A DNA stretch of 64,000 nucleotides from Candidatus Woesebacteria bacterium (GTDB lineage Bacteria > Patescibacteriota > Microgenomatia > UBA12405). Every line of letters begins with the position of its first letter. The first letter of the stretch is position 1. The notes beneath the pieces are model-generated. The model did not search any database, was not told where the DNA came from, and saw only the letters and a list, made by a program, of their open reading frames with translations. The DNA lies in assembly GCA_035402805.1 (NCBI GenBank), contig DAONDY010000002.1, forward strand, positions 149,963 to 213,962, given 5' to 3'. Below, piece after piece: positions 10,057 to 19,300 of the stretch. Both the position numbers and the translations under genes were made by a program.

Positions 10057-11334
10057 ATGACTAAAATTTTAGACGATAGTAAAATAAAAAGTTTTATTAA
10101 AGATGAAGAAGTTTTGGAATGGCAAGAAAAAGTAAAAGAGGCGCATAAGAAAATTCATGAGAAAAGCGGAGAAGGAAGTGATTTTTTAGGATGGGTAGAT
10201 TTGCCGATTAATTATGACAAAGAAGAATTCTCAAGAATAAAATTGGCGGCAGAAAAAATTAGAAATGATTCAGATATCTTAATAGTAATTGGAATTGGGG
10301 GATCATATTTAGGATCTAAAGCAGTTATTGAGGCATTAAAAGGTGATTCAAAAATGGAAATTTATTTTGCTGGAAATGATTTAAGTTCTCGACATATAAG
10401 TGATTTACTTCAAAAAATTGAAGGTAAAAATGTTTCTTTAAATGTAATTTCAAAATCAGGAACGACTACTGAACCAGCTTTGGCTTTTAGAATTTTAAGG
10501 GAGTGGATGGAAGTGAAATATGGTGAGGAAGCCAATAAAAGAATTTATGCCACGACTGATAGAGAAAGAGGGGTTTTAAAAGAATTATCAATCAAAAAAG
10601 ACTATGAAACTTTTGTGGTTCCAGATGATATTGGAGGGAGATATTCAGTTTTAACAGCAGTAGGTTTATTACCAATTGCAGTGGCGGGAATTAATATTGA
10701 TGATTTAATGTGCGGTGCCCAAGCAGCGAGACAAAATTTTAATAATGAAGATTTATTGGAAAATGATTGCTATAAATATGCAGTTTATCGAAATATTTTA
10801 TATAAACAGGGAAGAGAAATTGAAATTTTGGCAAATTATGAACCATGTTTACACTTTATAAGTGAATGGTGGAAACAGCTATTTGGGGAAAGCGAAGGTA
10901 AAGATAAAAAAGGAATTTTTCCAGCAGCGGTAGATTTTACGACTGATTTACACTCGATGGGACAATTTATTCAAGATGGAAATCGAATTTTATTTGAAAC
11001 AGTTTTATCAATAGAAGAAGATGAAGAAAAATTAGTAATAAAAGAAGAAGAACAAAATTCAGATGGTTTAAATTTTTTGGTAGGCAAAACTCTTGATGAA
11101 GTAAATAAGAAGGCAATGGAAGGAACGATTTTAGCCCATACTGAGGGTGGAGTATTAAATCTAATTATTAGATTACCTAAATTAGATGCTTTTAATTTAG
11201 GATATTTGCTTTATTTTTGGGAAAAAGCTTGTGCTATGAGTGGATATTTATTGGGAGTAAATCCATTTAATCAACCGGGAGTGGAAGTGTATAAGAAAAA
11301 TATGTTTAAGCTACTTGGTAAACCAGGATTTTAA
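10057..11334 (+). CDS. pgi: Glucose-6-phosphate isomerase
   Basis: [40 protein letters not shown]; start moved to ATG 10057. Confidence 0.97.
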   Translation: MTKILDDSKIKSFIKDEEVLEWQEKVKEAHKKIHEKSGEGSDFLGWVDLPINYDKEEFSRIKLAAEKIRNDSDILIVIGIGGSYLGSKAVIEALKGDSKMEIYFAGNDLSSRHISDLLQKIEGKNVSLNVISKSGTTTEPALAFRILREWMEVKYGEEANKRIYATTDRERGVLKELSIKKDYETFVVPDDIGGRYSVLTAVGLLPIAVAGINIDDLMCGAQAARQNFNNEDLLENDCYKYAVYRNILYKQGREIEILANYEPCLHFISEWWKQLFGESEGKDKKGIFPAAVDFTTDLHSMGQFIQDGNRILFETVLSIEEDEEKLVIKEEEQNSDGLNFLVGKTLDEVNKKAMEGTILAHTEGGVLNLIIRLPKLDAFNLGYLLYFWEKACAMSGYLLGVNPFNQPGVEVYKKNMFKLLGKPGF

Positions 11335-12171
11335 TTTAAACTTTTTGATTCCAAAAATAATCAAGGTGACTAATAAGATAAATAAAAGAGGTGAAATAGG
11401 TAAAACATAGAAGGAAGTGTTATATGGTTGAGAATTCAGATCGGAATTTAAAATGACAGAGACTTTGTAGTGGCCCGGCCAAAGAGGGGGATTGATAGAA
11501 CAGGAACTTTCATTTAAACAACTAATATTGCGACTGTGGTGGTTTAAAACATTATCTGGACTTAGCTCAAATTCTTTAATAACTTTATCGTTTTTAGTGA
11601 TGGTAATTTTGCCATTAGTTTTGAAAAAGAAATCGGAATTATTTTTTATTTGGCCATTAAAAGTGATGGGGTTAAAAAAGATGTCTTTTATTTTTGGAGA
11701 AATGGAAAAATTTTGAATAGCTGATTCAACTTTGGGGTTTTCGATATTGGAAACTGTCAACAAAAGATGGGAACCAATTTTGCCGGTGGCGGCAGTAAAA
11801 TTATCATTTGATTGAATAGTATTTTGATTTTGAAAAATAAAAAAAGTGTAATAATTGTCGGCTAGACTAATATTAGAATTGGTTTTTATTTTTAAAACTA
11901 GTTGTTGTTTGGAGTTGGCAGCTAAAACAAAAGGTTGACCGAGTTTAATATCAGAGTTGGCAAGGGAAAATTCAATATTAGGATTACTGATGGCTTGATT
12001 ATAATTAACCGAGCCGTCGGTGCCACTAGGAATCCAAGGTAAAATTTCAGTGTTAAGAATAATTTCAGAATCGGAATTATTGGTGACGTCGTAGGCTTGG
12101 ACAAGATTAACGCCGGGTTTTAAAACGTATTCTGATTGAGCTGGTGATAAAGATAAATTAAATGTTGTCAT
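11311..12171 (-). CDS. DUF916-like (chaperone/Ig-like) protein with C-terminal TM
   Basis: LSLSPA...LKPG...VTNNSD, WPGHYKV, FYVLP followed by TM; paralogous in layout to 2887-3879 but without an obvious signal peptide. Confidence 0.55.
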   Translation of the reverse strand: MTTFNLSLSPAQSEYVLKPGVNLVQAYDVTNNSDSEIILNTEILPWIPSGTDGSVNYNQAISNPNIEFSLANSDIKLGQPFVLAANSKQQLVLKIKTNSNISLADNYYTFFIFQNQNTIQSNDNFTAATGKIGSHLLLTVSNIENPKVESAIQNFSISPKIKDIFFNPITFNGQIKNNSDFFFKTNGKITITKNDKVIKEFELSPDNVLNHHSRNISCLNESSCSINPPLWPGHYKVSVILNSDLNSQPYNTSFYVLPISPLLFILLVTLIIFGIKKFKLKSWFTK

Positions 12172-12180
12172 AAATCTTAT

Positions 12181-12266
12181 TAAAAACTCTCGTTACAAAT
12201 TTTTTATAATCGGCGAATGTGCGTCGCACGTTCGATATTACAAAAAATTGCAACTTCGACTTTTTA
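12181..12266. repeat. Dispersed ~85-bp hairpin, family B copy 1
   Basis: CTCGTTACAAATTTTTTA...GAATGTGC-GTC-GCACGTTC...AAAAAATTGCAACTTCG; aligns with 37234 and 58982. Confidence 0.85.
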
Positions 12267-12284
12267 ATTATTTTATAAATCATA

Positions 12285-13019
12285 TTAATATTTAGGGACC
12301 ATAATAAAATTTATAGAATTTTGATAAGTGCCAGCACTTTGATTTGGAGAAATATTAACTTTATAAGTAATATTGGCAAGGTGATCTTCAACTGGGGTAT
12401 TTTCAGACATAATTATTTTGGCAGTTTCGCCAGCCGAATTATCAGCAAATTGACGGAAATAAGTAGAATTAGTAAAAAAAGTGGAAGTACCGTCACCAGA
12501 AGCATTAAAACCAAAACCATAGGTATTACTACTGGTCCAAACATCGGATGTTGATTCCGAACAGGTACTAGAATCACATTTAGTATCGGAAATAGTAATG
12601 CCACCGCCAATAGTTTTTAGAGGGTGATTAGCAAAGGTAAGAATATCGTAACCATGAGCAGTAGGGGTGCTAACAGTTAATGTGTTGGTAACAGTAGAAC
12701 CAATATTAGGAATCAAATTGCCAAAATTTAGATCAAGATTACTAATTTGAAAAGATAAAGGAATAGCATTGTCGTAAATATATTGAAAACCAGCTTTGAC
12801 AATATAACCAGCGCCATCGTATTGACCAGGGGCATTTTGACCGACAGAGTCGGTTAAAGTATAAGTGCTAGAAGTTTTTTTACCACCAGTCATATTAAAA
12901 TTGCCAAATTCAATATGAAAATTATTGGAATCAAAGGTTTGACTAAGACAGATTTCAGATCTCAGATGACAGATTTCAGATAAGAATAAAAAGGCAATAA
13001 AAAAGATTTTAAGTTTCAT
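12285..13019 (-). CDS. Secreted WxL/pilin-like protein
   Basis: Signal peptide; LNFGNL.P, STPTAHGYDI, IxDTxC...C motif; ends AGTYQNSINFIMVPKY like 3882-5372. Confidence 0.6.
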   Translation of the reverse strand: MKLKIFFIAFLFLSEICHLRSEICLSQTFDSNNFHIEFGNFNMTGGKKTSSTYTLTDSVGQNAPGQYDGAGYIVKAGFQYIYDNAIPLSFQISNLDLNFGNLIPNIGSTVTNTLTVSTPTAHGYDILTFANHPLKTIGGGITISDTKCDSSTCSESTSDVWTSSNTYGFGFNASGDGTSTFFTNSTYFRQFADNSAGETAKIIMSENTPVEDHLANITYKVNISPNQSAGTYQNSINFIMVPKY

Positions 13020-13653
13020 CAGATTCTTGATCAATTTGGGTAATTAATTGTTCAGAAGAATTTAGAAGGGATTTGGCTGATGATTTAATTTTATTAATTT
13101 TTTCTTTTTGGGTTGCCGATAAAGGGGTAGATACAATTTCGGAACTGGTGTCGATAATTTGACAGAGACCAGTTTTAAGTTTAAGTGAATGCCAAAGCAG
13201 AACATCAGTTTCATCGGCGGCAATAATTTTATCATCTTTAATTTTGGCTAAGAATTGGCGACCAATAAACCAAGCTAAGGGGGTGATTAATAAAAGAGAA
13301 GAAAGAGAAATGACAGAAACGAAAGAATTGAGTGATTGTGATAGGATTAGAACTAGAAAAAGAGAATAGGAAAGAGTAGTGGTGGCCGGGTTTTGAAAAG
13401 CAATAAAAAATAAAAGGAAGTAAATAAGAAAGAAAAAGGGTGAATTAAGACTGCCAGTGGCAAAAACAATGATATTAATTAAAAAGGCGGTTAAATGGAT
13501 AGAAAAAGTCTTTTTGGTAAAATATAAAATTAAAATGGCAATAGAAATGATAGCGATTAATTGGGGAGTAAAATAAGTCAAACTAGAGATAGAAAAAAGG
13601 AAAGATAAAAGAGAAACTATAAAGAATAAAATTATACTAATAATCTGAGGCAT
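13009..13653 (-). CDS. Multi-pass membrane protein with degenerate HisKA-like helical hairpin
   Basis: About 5 TM helices (TGSLNSPFFFL as in sensor-kinase input domains), then a two-helix region; no HATPase domain; start moved to ATG 13653. Confidence 0.55.
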   Translation of the reverse strand: MPQIISIILFFIVSLLSFLFSISSLTYFTPQLIAIISIAILILYFTKKTFSIHLTAFLINIIVFATGSLNSPFFFLIYFLLFFIAFQNPATTTLSYSLFLVLILSQSLNSFVSVISLSSLLLITPLAWFIGRQFLAKIKDDKIIAADETDVLLWHSLKLKTGLCQIIDTSSEIVSTPLSATQKEKINKIKSSAKSLLNSSEQLITQIDQESDET

Positions 13654-13718
13654 TAATATAGTATTGACCATTTGAGGTTGACTATCAAGTTTTTGGTTAA
13701 AAATGATAATATTTATCA

Positions 13719-14330
13719 ATGAGATTGTTGGAAAAAATACAAAAACTAAAAATAGTTGACGGATTATTAGTGATAGGTTTTTTGCTGGTAATTTTAGGTA
13801 TTGGAATGAATTTTAAAGATCAGTTTATGACGAAAGAAGAAGTAAAAATAGAGACAAAAAATATTAGTCCAACAGGTAAAAGTGATATACAAGTTGATAT
13901 TGAAGTAGTTATTGATATATCAGGAGAAGTGATGAAAGCTGGTGTTTATAAACTAAAAAATGGATCAAGAATTGATGATGTATTAATAATGGCCGGGGGA
14001 CTAAGCTTAAAGGCAGATAGGAATTGGGTGGATAAAAATTTAAATCGAGCGGAAAAAGTTTACGACGGACAAAAGATTTATATACCTAAAGTTGGGGAAA
14101 ATGTTGTTATTAATAGCACCCCGCTGGTGCGGGATGCTATTGTAGTCAGACTTAATTCGGCGAGTTTGGAGGAGTTGGATAAGTTGGATGGAGTGGGTCC
14201 GGCGATTGCTCAAAGAATTATTGATTATCGAACTGAAAATGGGGGATTTAAAAGTGTGGAAGAAATTAAATTAGTGCCAGGGATAGGAGATAAGATGTTT
14301 GAAAAGATAAAAAATGAAATTCAATTATAA
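13719..14330 (+). CDS. comEA: Competence DNA receptor ComEA (SLBB + HhH)
   Basis: TM anchor; VIDISGEV..GVY.L..GSRI.D, LN.A....DGQKIYIP; LNSASLEELDKLDGVGPAIAQRII. Confidence 0.93.
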   Translation: MRLLEKIQKLKIVDGLLVIGFLLVILGIGMNFKDQFMTKEEVKIETKNISPTGKSDIQVDIEVVIDISGEVMKAGVYKLKNGSRIDDVLIMAGGLSLKADRNWVDKNLNRAEKVYDGQKIYIPKVGENVVINSTPLVRDAIVVRLNSASLEELDKLDGVGPAIAQRIIDYRTENGGFKSVEEIKLVPGIGDKMFEKIKNEIQL

Positions 14331-15228
14331 ATATTTAATTTGGTTGGGAATATTTTTAGTAGTTATTTTTATATACAAGTTTATAAATAAGGATAGTTTT
14401 ATTGAGGTTATTTTTCAAAATTTGCCGCCGAGGGAAGCGAGCTTAATGGCGGGGATGGTCTTTGGAGATAAAAATAATTTTGACAAAAATACTATCTTAA
14501 ATTTTCAATTTAGTGGGGTAATTCATATTATGGTGGTTTCGGGAACGAATATTGTTTTAGTGTTTAGAGGTTTAGTAGAAAGAATTGCAAGCTGGATTGG
14601 TAGGAAAAGAGCAATTATATTGGGATTTGGAGTGACTTTGGTTTATATAAATTGGGTAGGTTGGGAAATACCGGCGGTCAGAGCTTTTTTACTGATGAGT
14701 ATTTTTTATTGGGCACAATTGCTTGGTCGCAAATTTAACCTATTTAGAGCCATAATGTTGATTATTTTAATAATGGTTTTGGCCGATTATCGGGTATTTT
14801 TGAGTGGCAGTTTTTATTTAAGTTTTGTGGCATTTGGGGCAGTAGTAATTAATTTAAACAAGTCGCGAAAATGGTGGAGTGATTTATGGAATTCATTCTG
14901 GGTAAATTTATGGCTTTTACCAATTTTGGCTTTGTTTTTTGGAAAAATAAGCATAGTGGCACCGATTACTAATGCTTTAATTTTATTTTTAGTCGAAATA
15001 ATTACTATTTTAGGGGTGATAGGAAGTTTTTTTGGTTTATTGGTGCCTATTTTGGGTAAAATCGTATTATGGATAAGTTATCCGTTATTGAAATATATAC
15101 TATTAATAGTAGATTGGTTGGCGAGTTTTAAATGGTCGAGTATAGAGATTAAATTTAATTGGTTGTTTCTAATTGGTTGGTATTCATTATTAATAGCTTG
15201 GTGGTTGAAGAAAAAAAATGAAACATAG
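14314..15228 (+). CDS. comEC: ComEC/Rec2 competence membrane domain
   Basis: GVIHIMVVSGTNI, PAVRA, SFYLSF motifs; multi-TM. Confidence 0.9.
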   Translation: MKFNYKYLIWLGIFLVVIFIYKFINKDSFIEVIFQNLPPREASLMAGMVFGDKNNFDKNTILNFQFSGVIHIMVVSGTNIVLVFRGLVERIASWIGRKRAIILGFGVTLVYINWVGWEIPAVRAFLLMSIFYWAQLLGRKFNLFRAIMLIILIMVLADYRVFLSGSFYLSFVAFGAVVINLNKSRKWWSDLWNSFWVNLWLLPILALFFGKISIVAPITNALILFLVEIITILGVIGSFFGLLVPILGKIVLWISYPLLKYILLIVDWLASFKWSSIEIKFNWLFLIGWYSLLIAWWLKKKNET

Positions 15229-15976
15229 AATTATTTTGTTTTTGTCATTAATAATGTTGGTGGTGTTGTTTTGGATAACTTTACCATCAAAAAAAGTGAA
15301 AGTAATTTTTTGTGATGTGGGCCAAGGGGATGCGACTTTGATAACTTATAAAAATTGGCAAATGTTAATTGATACTGGTCCAAATAATAAAAAAGTGTTG
15401 AATTGTTTAGAAAATAATTTACCATTTTGGGATAAAAAAATTGAGATGTTAATGATTACTCATGGAGATAATGATCATGATGGTGGTTTAACAGATATGT
15501 CGAAATATTATAAAGTTGAACAAGTTATTTACTCTAAAAATGTGAATCAATTTGATTTAATTAGAACTGATTGGATGACATTTGAGGTGGTCAATTCTGG
15601 GTTGAAAGATGATAATGAAAATTCAATAGCCGGTGTTTTAAGTTATGAAAAAACTAAAATTTTTTTTAGTGGAGACATAACGGCTGACACTGAAAAGAGA
15701 TTGGTATGGCAAAAAATATTAACCGATAAGGTTGATGTTTTAAAAGTCAGTCATCATGGTTCGAAAGATGGGACTAGTGAAGAATTATTAGAAGTATTAA
15801 AACCAAAATTGGCAATAATAAGTGTGGGAGTAAAAAATAAATTTGGGCATCCAACCAAAGAAGTATTAGATCGTCTAAAAGAAAAAGGAATAGAGATTAG
15901 AAGAACAGATGAGAATGGAGAAGTGCATGTAATAGATGTATTAGAAGAAATAGATAAAAAAGAAGTAATAGATTAA
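15218..15976 (+). CDS. ComEC-associated metallo-beta-lactamase-fold nuclease (stand-alone)
   Basis: DVGQGDA, LIDTG, THGDNDHDGG, KVSHHGS, FGHP, RTDENG. Confidence 0.9.
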   Translation: MKHRIILFLSLIMLVVLFWITLPSKKVKVIFCDVGQGDATLITYKNWQMLIDTGPNNKKVLNCLENNLPFWDKKIEMLMITHGDNDHDGGLTDMSKYYKVEQVIYSKNVNQFDLIRTDWMTFEVVNSGLKDDNENSIAGVLSYEKTKIFFSGDITADTEKRLVWQKILTDKVDVLKVSHHGSKDGTSEELLEVLKPKLAIISVGVKNKFGHPTKEVLDRLKEKGIEIRRTDENGEVHVIDVLEEIDKKEVID

Positions 15977-16054
15977 ATAGATTATTTAGATTAAATAGAT
16001 TATTTAGATTAAATAGATTTACCACTTGATATGGATGTAATAGATGGGTTAGAC
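15929..16054 (+). repeat. 9-bp-periodic array (consensus nnAATAGAT, ~14 units) overlapping the promoter of the wHTH gene
   Basis: gtaatagat gtattagaa gaaatagat aaaaaagaa gtaatagat taaatagat tatttagat taaatagat tatttagat taaatagat ttaccactt gatatggat gtaatagat gggttagac. Confidence 0.8.
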
Positions 16055-16060
16055 TGAATC

Positions 16061-16363
16061 GTGGATAAGTGGTTTTATAAATTACACAGGATGAGTCTTA
16101 ACCAGCTTAAAGCGCTGGAGGTTTTGGCGTCTAGCACGGATGGAATAATTGAAGCTAATGAATCAGTAAAAGAAGTTGGTTTGGAAGGGAAGCATTTAGG
16201 AGGGATATTTTCATCTTTGTCTAGACAAAAAATAGGGAATGAAGGCCTAATTTTGGCTTGGGGAAGGGCAGAAAATGGTCGAGGTTTAAGATGGAAATTG
16301 AATACAAAATTAGTCGATCAAAAAGAGTTAAAAAAAGCAATAAAGGAGATTTTAGACCTATGA
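16061..16363 (+). CDS. Putative winged-helix DNA-binding protein
   Basis: LNQLKALEVL...VGLEGKHLGGIFSSLSR...GRGLRWKL helix-turn-helix-wing pattern; ATGA overlap with the next gene. Confidence 0.6.
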   Translation: MDKWFYKLHRMSLNQLKALEVLASSTDGIIEANESVKEVGLEGKHLGGIFSSLSRQKIGNEGLILAWGRAENGRGLRWKLNTKLVDQKELKKAIKEILDL

Positions 16364-19300
16364 ACTGGAAGAAAATCTTTTTATTAGCTTTGATCTTTTT
16401 TATTAGTAGTTTAGTTTCAGCCAGAGTCTTTTATGGCCGATTTAAAATAATTTTTGCAGCTCAAACAACAATAACATCAAGGTTAGATTTTGATGCAGGT
16501 ACTTTTGAAGGAACTGAAAGTCAAAGTAAGGAGGGAGATTTAAAATTAAAAGCCAGTGGAAATTGGAATCCGAGAGTATTTAAAACACCAAAAGTGACAC
16601 TAACTAATCAATCAGCTATTGCCAGTGATGGAACGGATGTTTATTTATTAGCAGGTCAAGATAGATATTTTACTAAATATATTTCCAGTGAAGATAGATG
16701 GGTAACTTTAGAGAATGCACCACATTTAGCTTATAACGGGGCAGATTTGGTCGTGTTAGGAGATTATGTTTATGCAATATATGGAAGTAATACTAAAAAT
16801 TTCAGTCGTTATTCAATAATGACTAATACATGGGAAGAGAGAGAAGATATGCCAGATTTAGTGGCAAATGGATCAACTATTGAAACTGATGGAACTTATA
16901 TTTATGCTTTAAGGGGGAATTCAACTTCTGATTTTTGGAAATATAATCCAACTACTGACAAGTGGTCTGATTTAAATACACCACCAGCAGCAATTGGCTC
17001 TGGAGCTAGTTTAGTCTATAAAGATGGTTACTTATATACACCGAGAGGAGCTTCTAACACAACTTTTTATCGATATAACATTAGTAATGGGATATGGTAC
17101 ACAATGCAAAATATCCCGGCGACTGTAGGAAGTAATCATAAATCTACAGTTTTAGGTGATTATATTTATGTAAATAGAGATACTAACACAAATAGTTTTT
17201 ATCGTTTTAATGTGGGGACTACAGCTTGGCAGACAATTGCCAATATTCCACAATTGACTCAATATGTAGGATCAGTGGCAGTGGGAGATACTGCGACTGG
17301 TTTTGTTTATGTGTTTAGAGGCAATGGTTATTATGACTTTTGGAAATATAATCCGAGAGATAATACTTTCTTGGGATTAACAGATTTACCTAATACCCCA
17401 AATACTGGCGCTGATTTACTTTATATGGATAATTACGTTTATTTTAGGAGGGGAAATAGCTCAAATTCTTTTTATAGATACAACACAGCAGTTGGTGGTA
17501 CTTGGGCAACAATGGCAAATGCTCCGGCAACTTTTGCTGATGATAATAGGGGAGTTAAAGCAGGAAATTATCTATATTATTTCAGAGGAAGTGGTGGAGC
17601 TAATACTTTTTATAGATATGATCCTAGTGTTGGAGTTGGTGGTACTTGGGCAACTATGTTGAGTACTCCGACAGCTTTGACGATTGGAGCTGGAGGAGCT
17701 TTGGCTTATCCAGGATCAGGGAATTATATTTATGCGACAAGAGGTGGAAATAATAGAACTTTTATGAGGTATACGATTGGAGTAGGAGAAACTTGGGATG
17801 ATGCAGTAGTAGCAGATTTACCTGATAATGCTGAACAGGGTTATGGATCAAGAATGACAAGTGATGGGACTAATATTTACTATATTTCAGGGAATGGAAT
17901 GGCTAATTTATATAAATATACAATAGCTGATAACATCTGGACAAGGTTGGGAACTTTACCTTTTTCACCTTATTACGGAACAGATATTAGTTATTATAAT
18001 AATAAAATTTATGTATTAGCAGGTAACTTAAAATCGGATTTTTGGGAATATTCTATTGATGATGAAAGTTGGAGATTATTACCACCAATACAAAGTTATG
18101 GGTTAACAGAGATCGGAGTTTGGAATGGTGGTTCGATTGTGGGTGATGGAAGTGGAACTTTTTATATTGAAGCGGGCAATAATAATACTAGATTTTTTAG
18201 TTATAGTGTAGGGAGTAGCAATTATCCAAGTAATGGAATATGGACAAGCGCTACAATTGATTTAAATTATGTAAAAAGTTGGTCGCCAATAGGGATAGAA
18301 TCGAGTACTTTGCCAGGGACATCTATAAATTGGGAGACAAGAACTAGTAATGATCGAATAAACTGGGAAATTTGGAAAGCAGGAGTAGGAACTAGTATAA
18401 CTTCAACTCCAAACAGATATATTCAATTGAGAATAACCTTAAATTCTGACGGGAGCCAAACTCCAACATTAAATTCGGTAGTAATAAATTATGTTGGTGA
18501 TTTAGAAAACCCAACTAATCCAAATAATATAATAGGCTTATCTCAACAGGTGTCAGGAATAGGATTGTCTAGTGGTGGTACTTATAATTATTTAGCACCT
18601 TATTTTAATTGGAGTGGAAGTACTGATGTAGATACTGGAGTGGCTGGTTATTATGTTTACTTTGGAATTGATTCAACCGCGGTTCCCGATATTAACGGGT
18701 CTTTTAGAACTAGTGCTGATTATTTAGTTAGTGATCCAATGGATCAAACAACTTATTATTTGAGATTAAAAACAGTGGATGAAGCCGGTAATAAAAGTGA
18801 AGCAATGACAGCTTTTATTTATACTTATAATGGAGTGTCTCCACCAACAATATTAAGTAAAAGTTTGACAACAGATTTTGAATTGGGGACAACTGATAGT
18901 GTAAATATTAGTGATAATCAGATTAAATTGGCATCGAAAGCTGGTTTTTGGCAACAAAATAGACTAGGACCATTGTCGGGAACTATTAGTTATGGATCGG
19001 GTTTTGCTTATTCAGCAACTAGGAACAAATTATATATCTTAAGAGGGACAAACAGTAATTCTTTTTATCAATATGACTTGACAACTAATATTGGATCAAC
19101 TTTGGCTAATGCACCAGGAACTGTATATTATGGAAGTGATTTAGTTGAAGGTCCAAGTGGTTATTTATATGCCTTGAGAGGTAATAATACTAATGGTTTT
19201 TGGAGATATGATTTGGCAGCTGGGACTTGGTCTGATGTATTGGCGGCAGATACTCCACAACCAGTTTATTATGGAGGATCTTTAGTTTTTGATGGAGATA

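Noticed and set aside
15965-16018. Possible CRISPR array
   Set aside because: Contiguous 9/18-bp tandem units with no unique spacers and no cas genes.
16258-16359. N-terminal 34 aa of the 2413-aa ORF
   Set aside because: It overlaps the wHTH gene; the SD, ATGA coupling and signal peptide all support ATG 16360.
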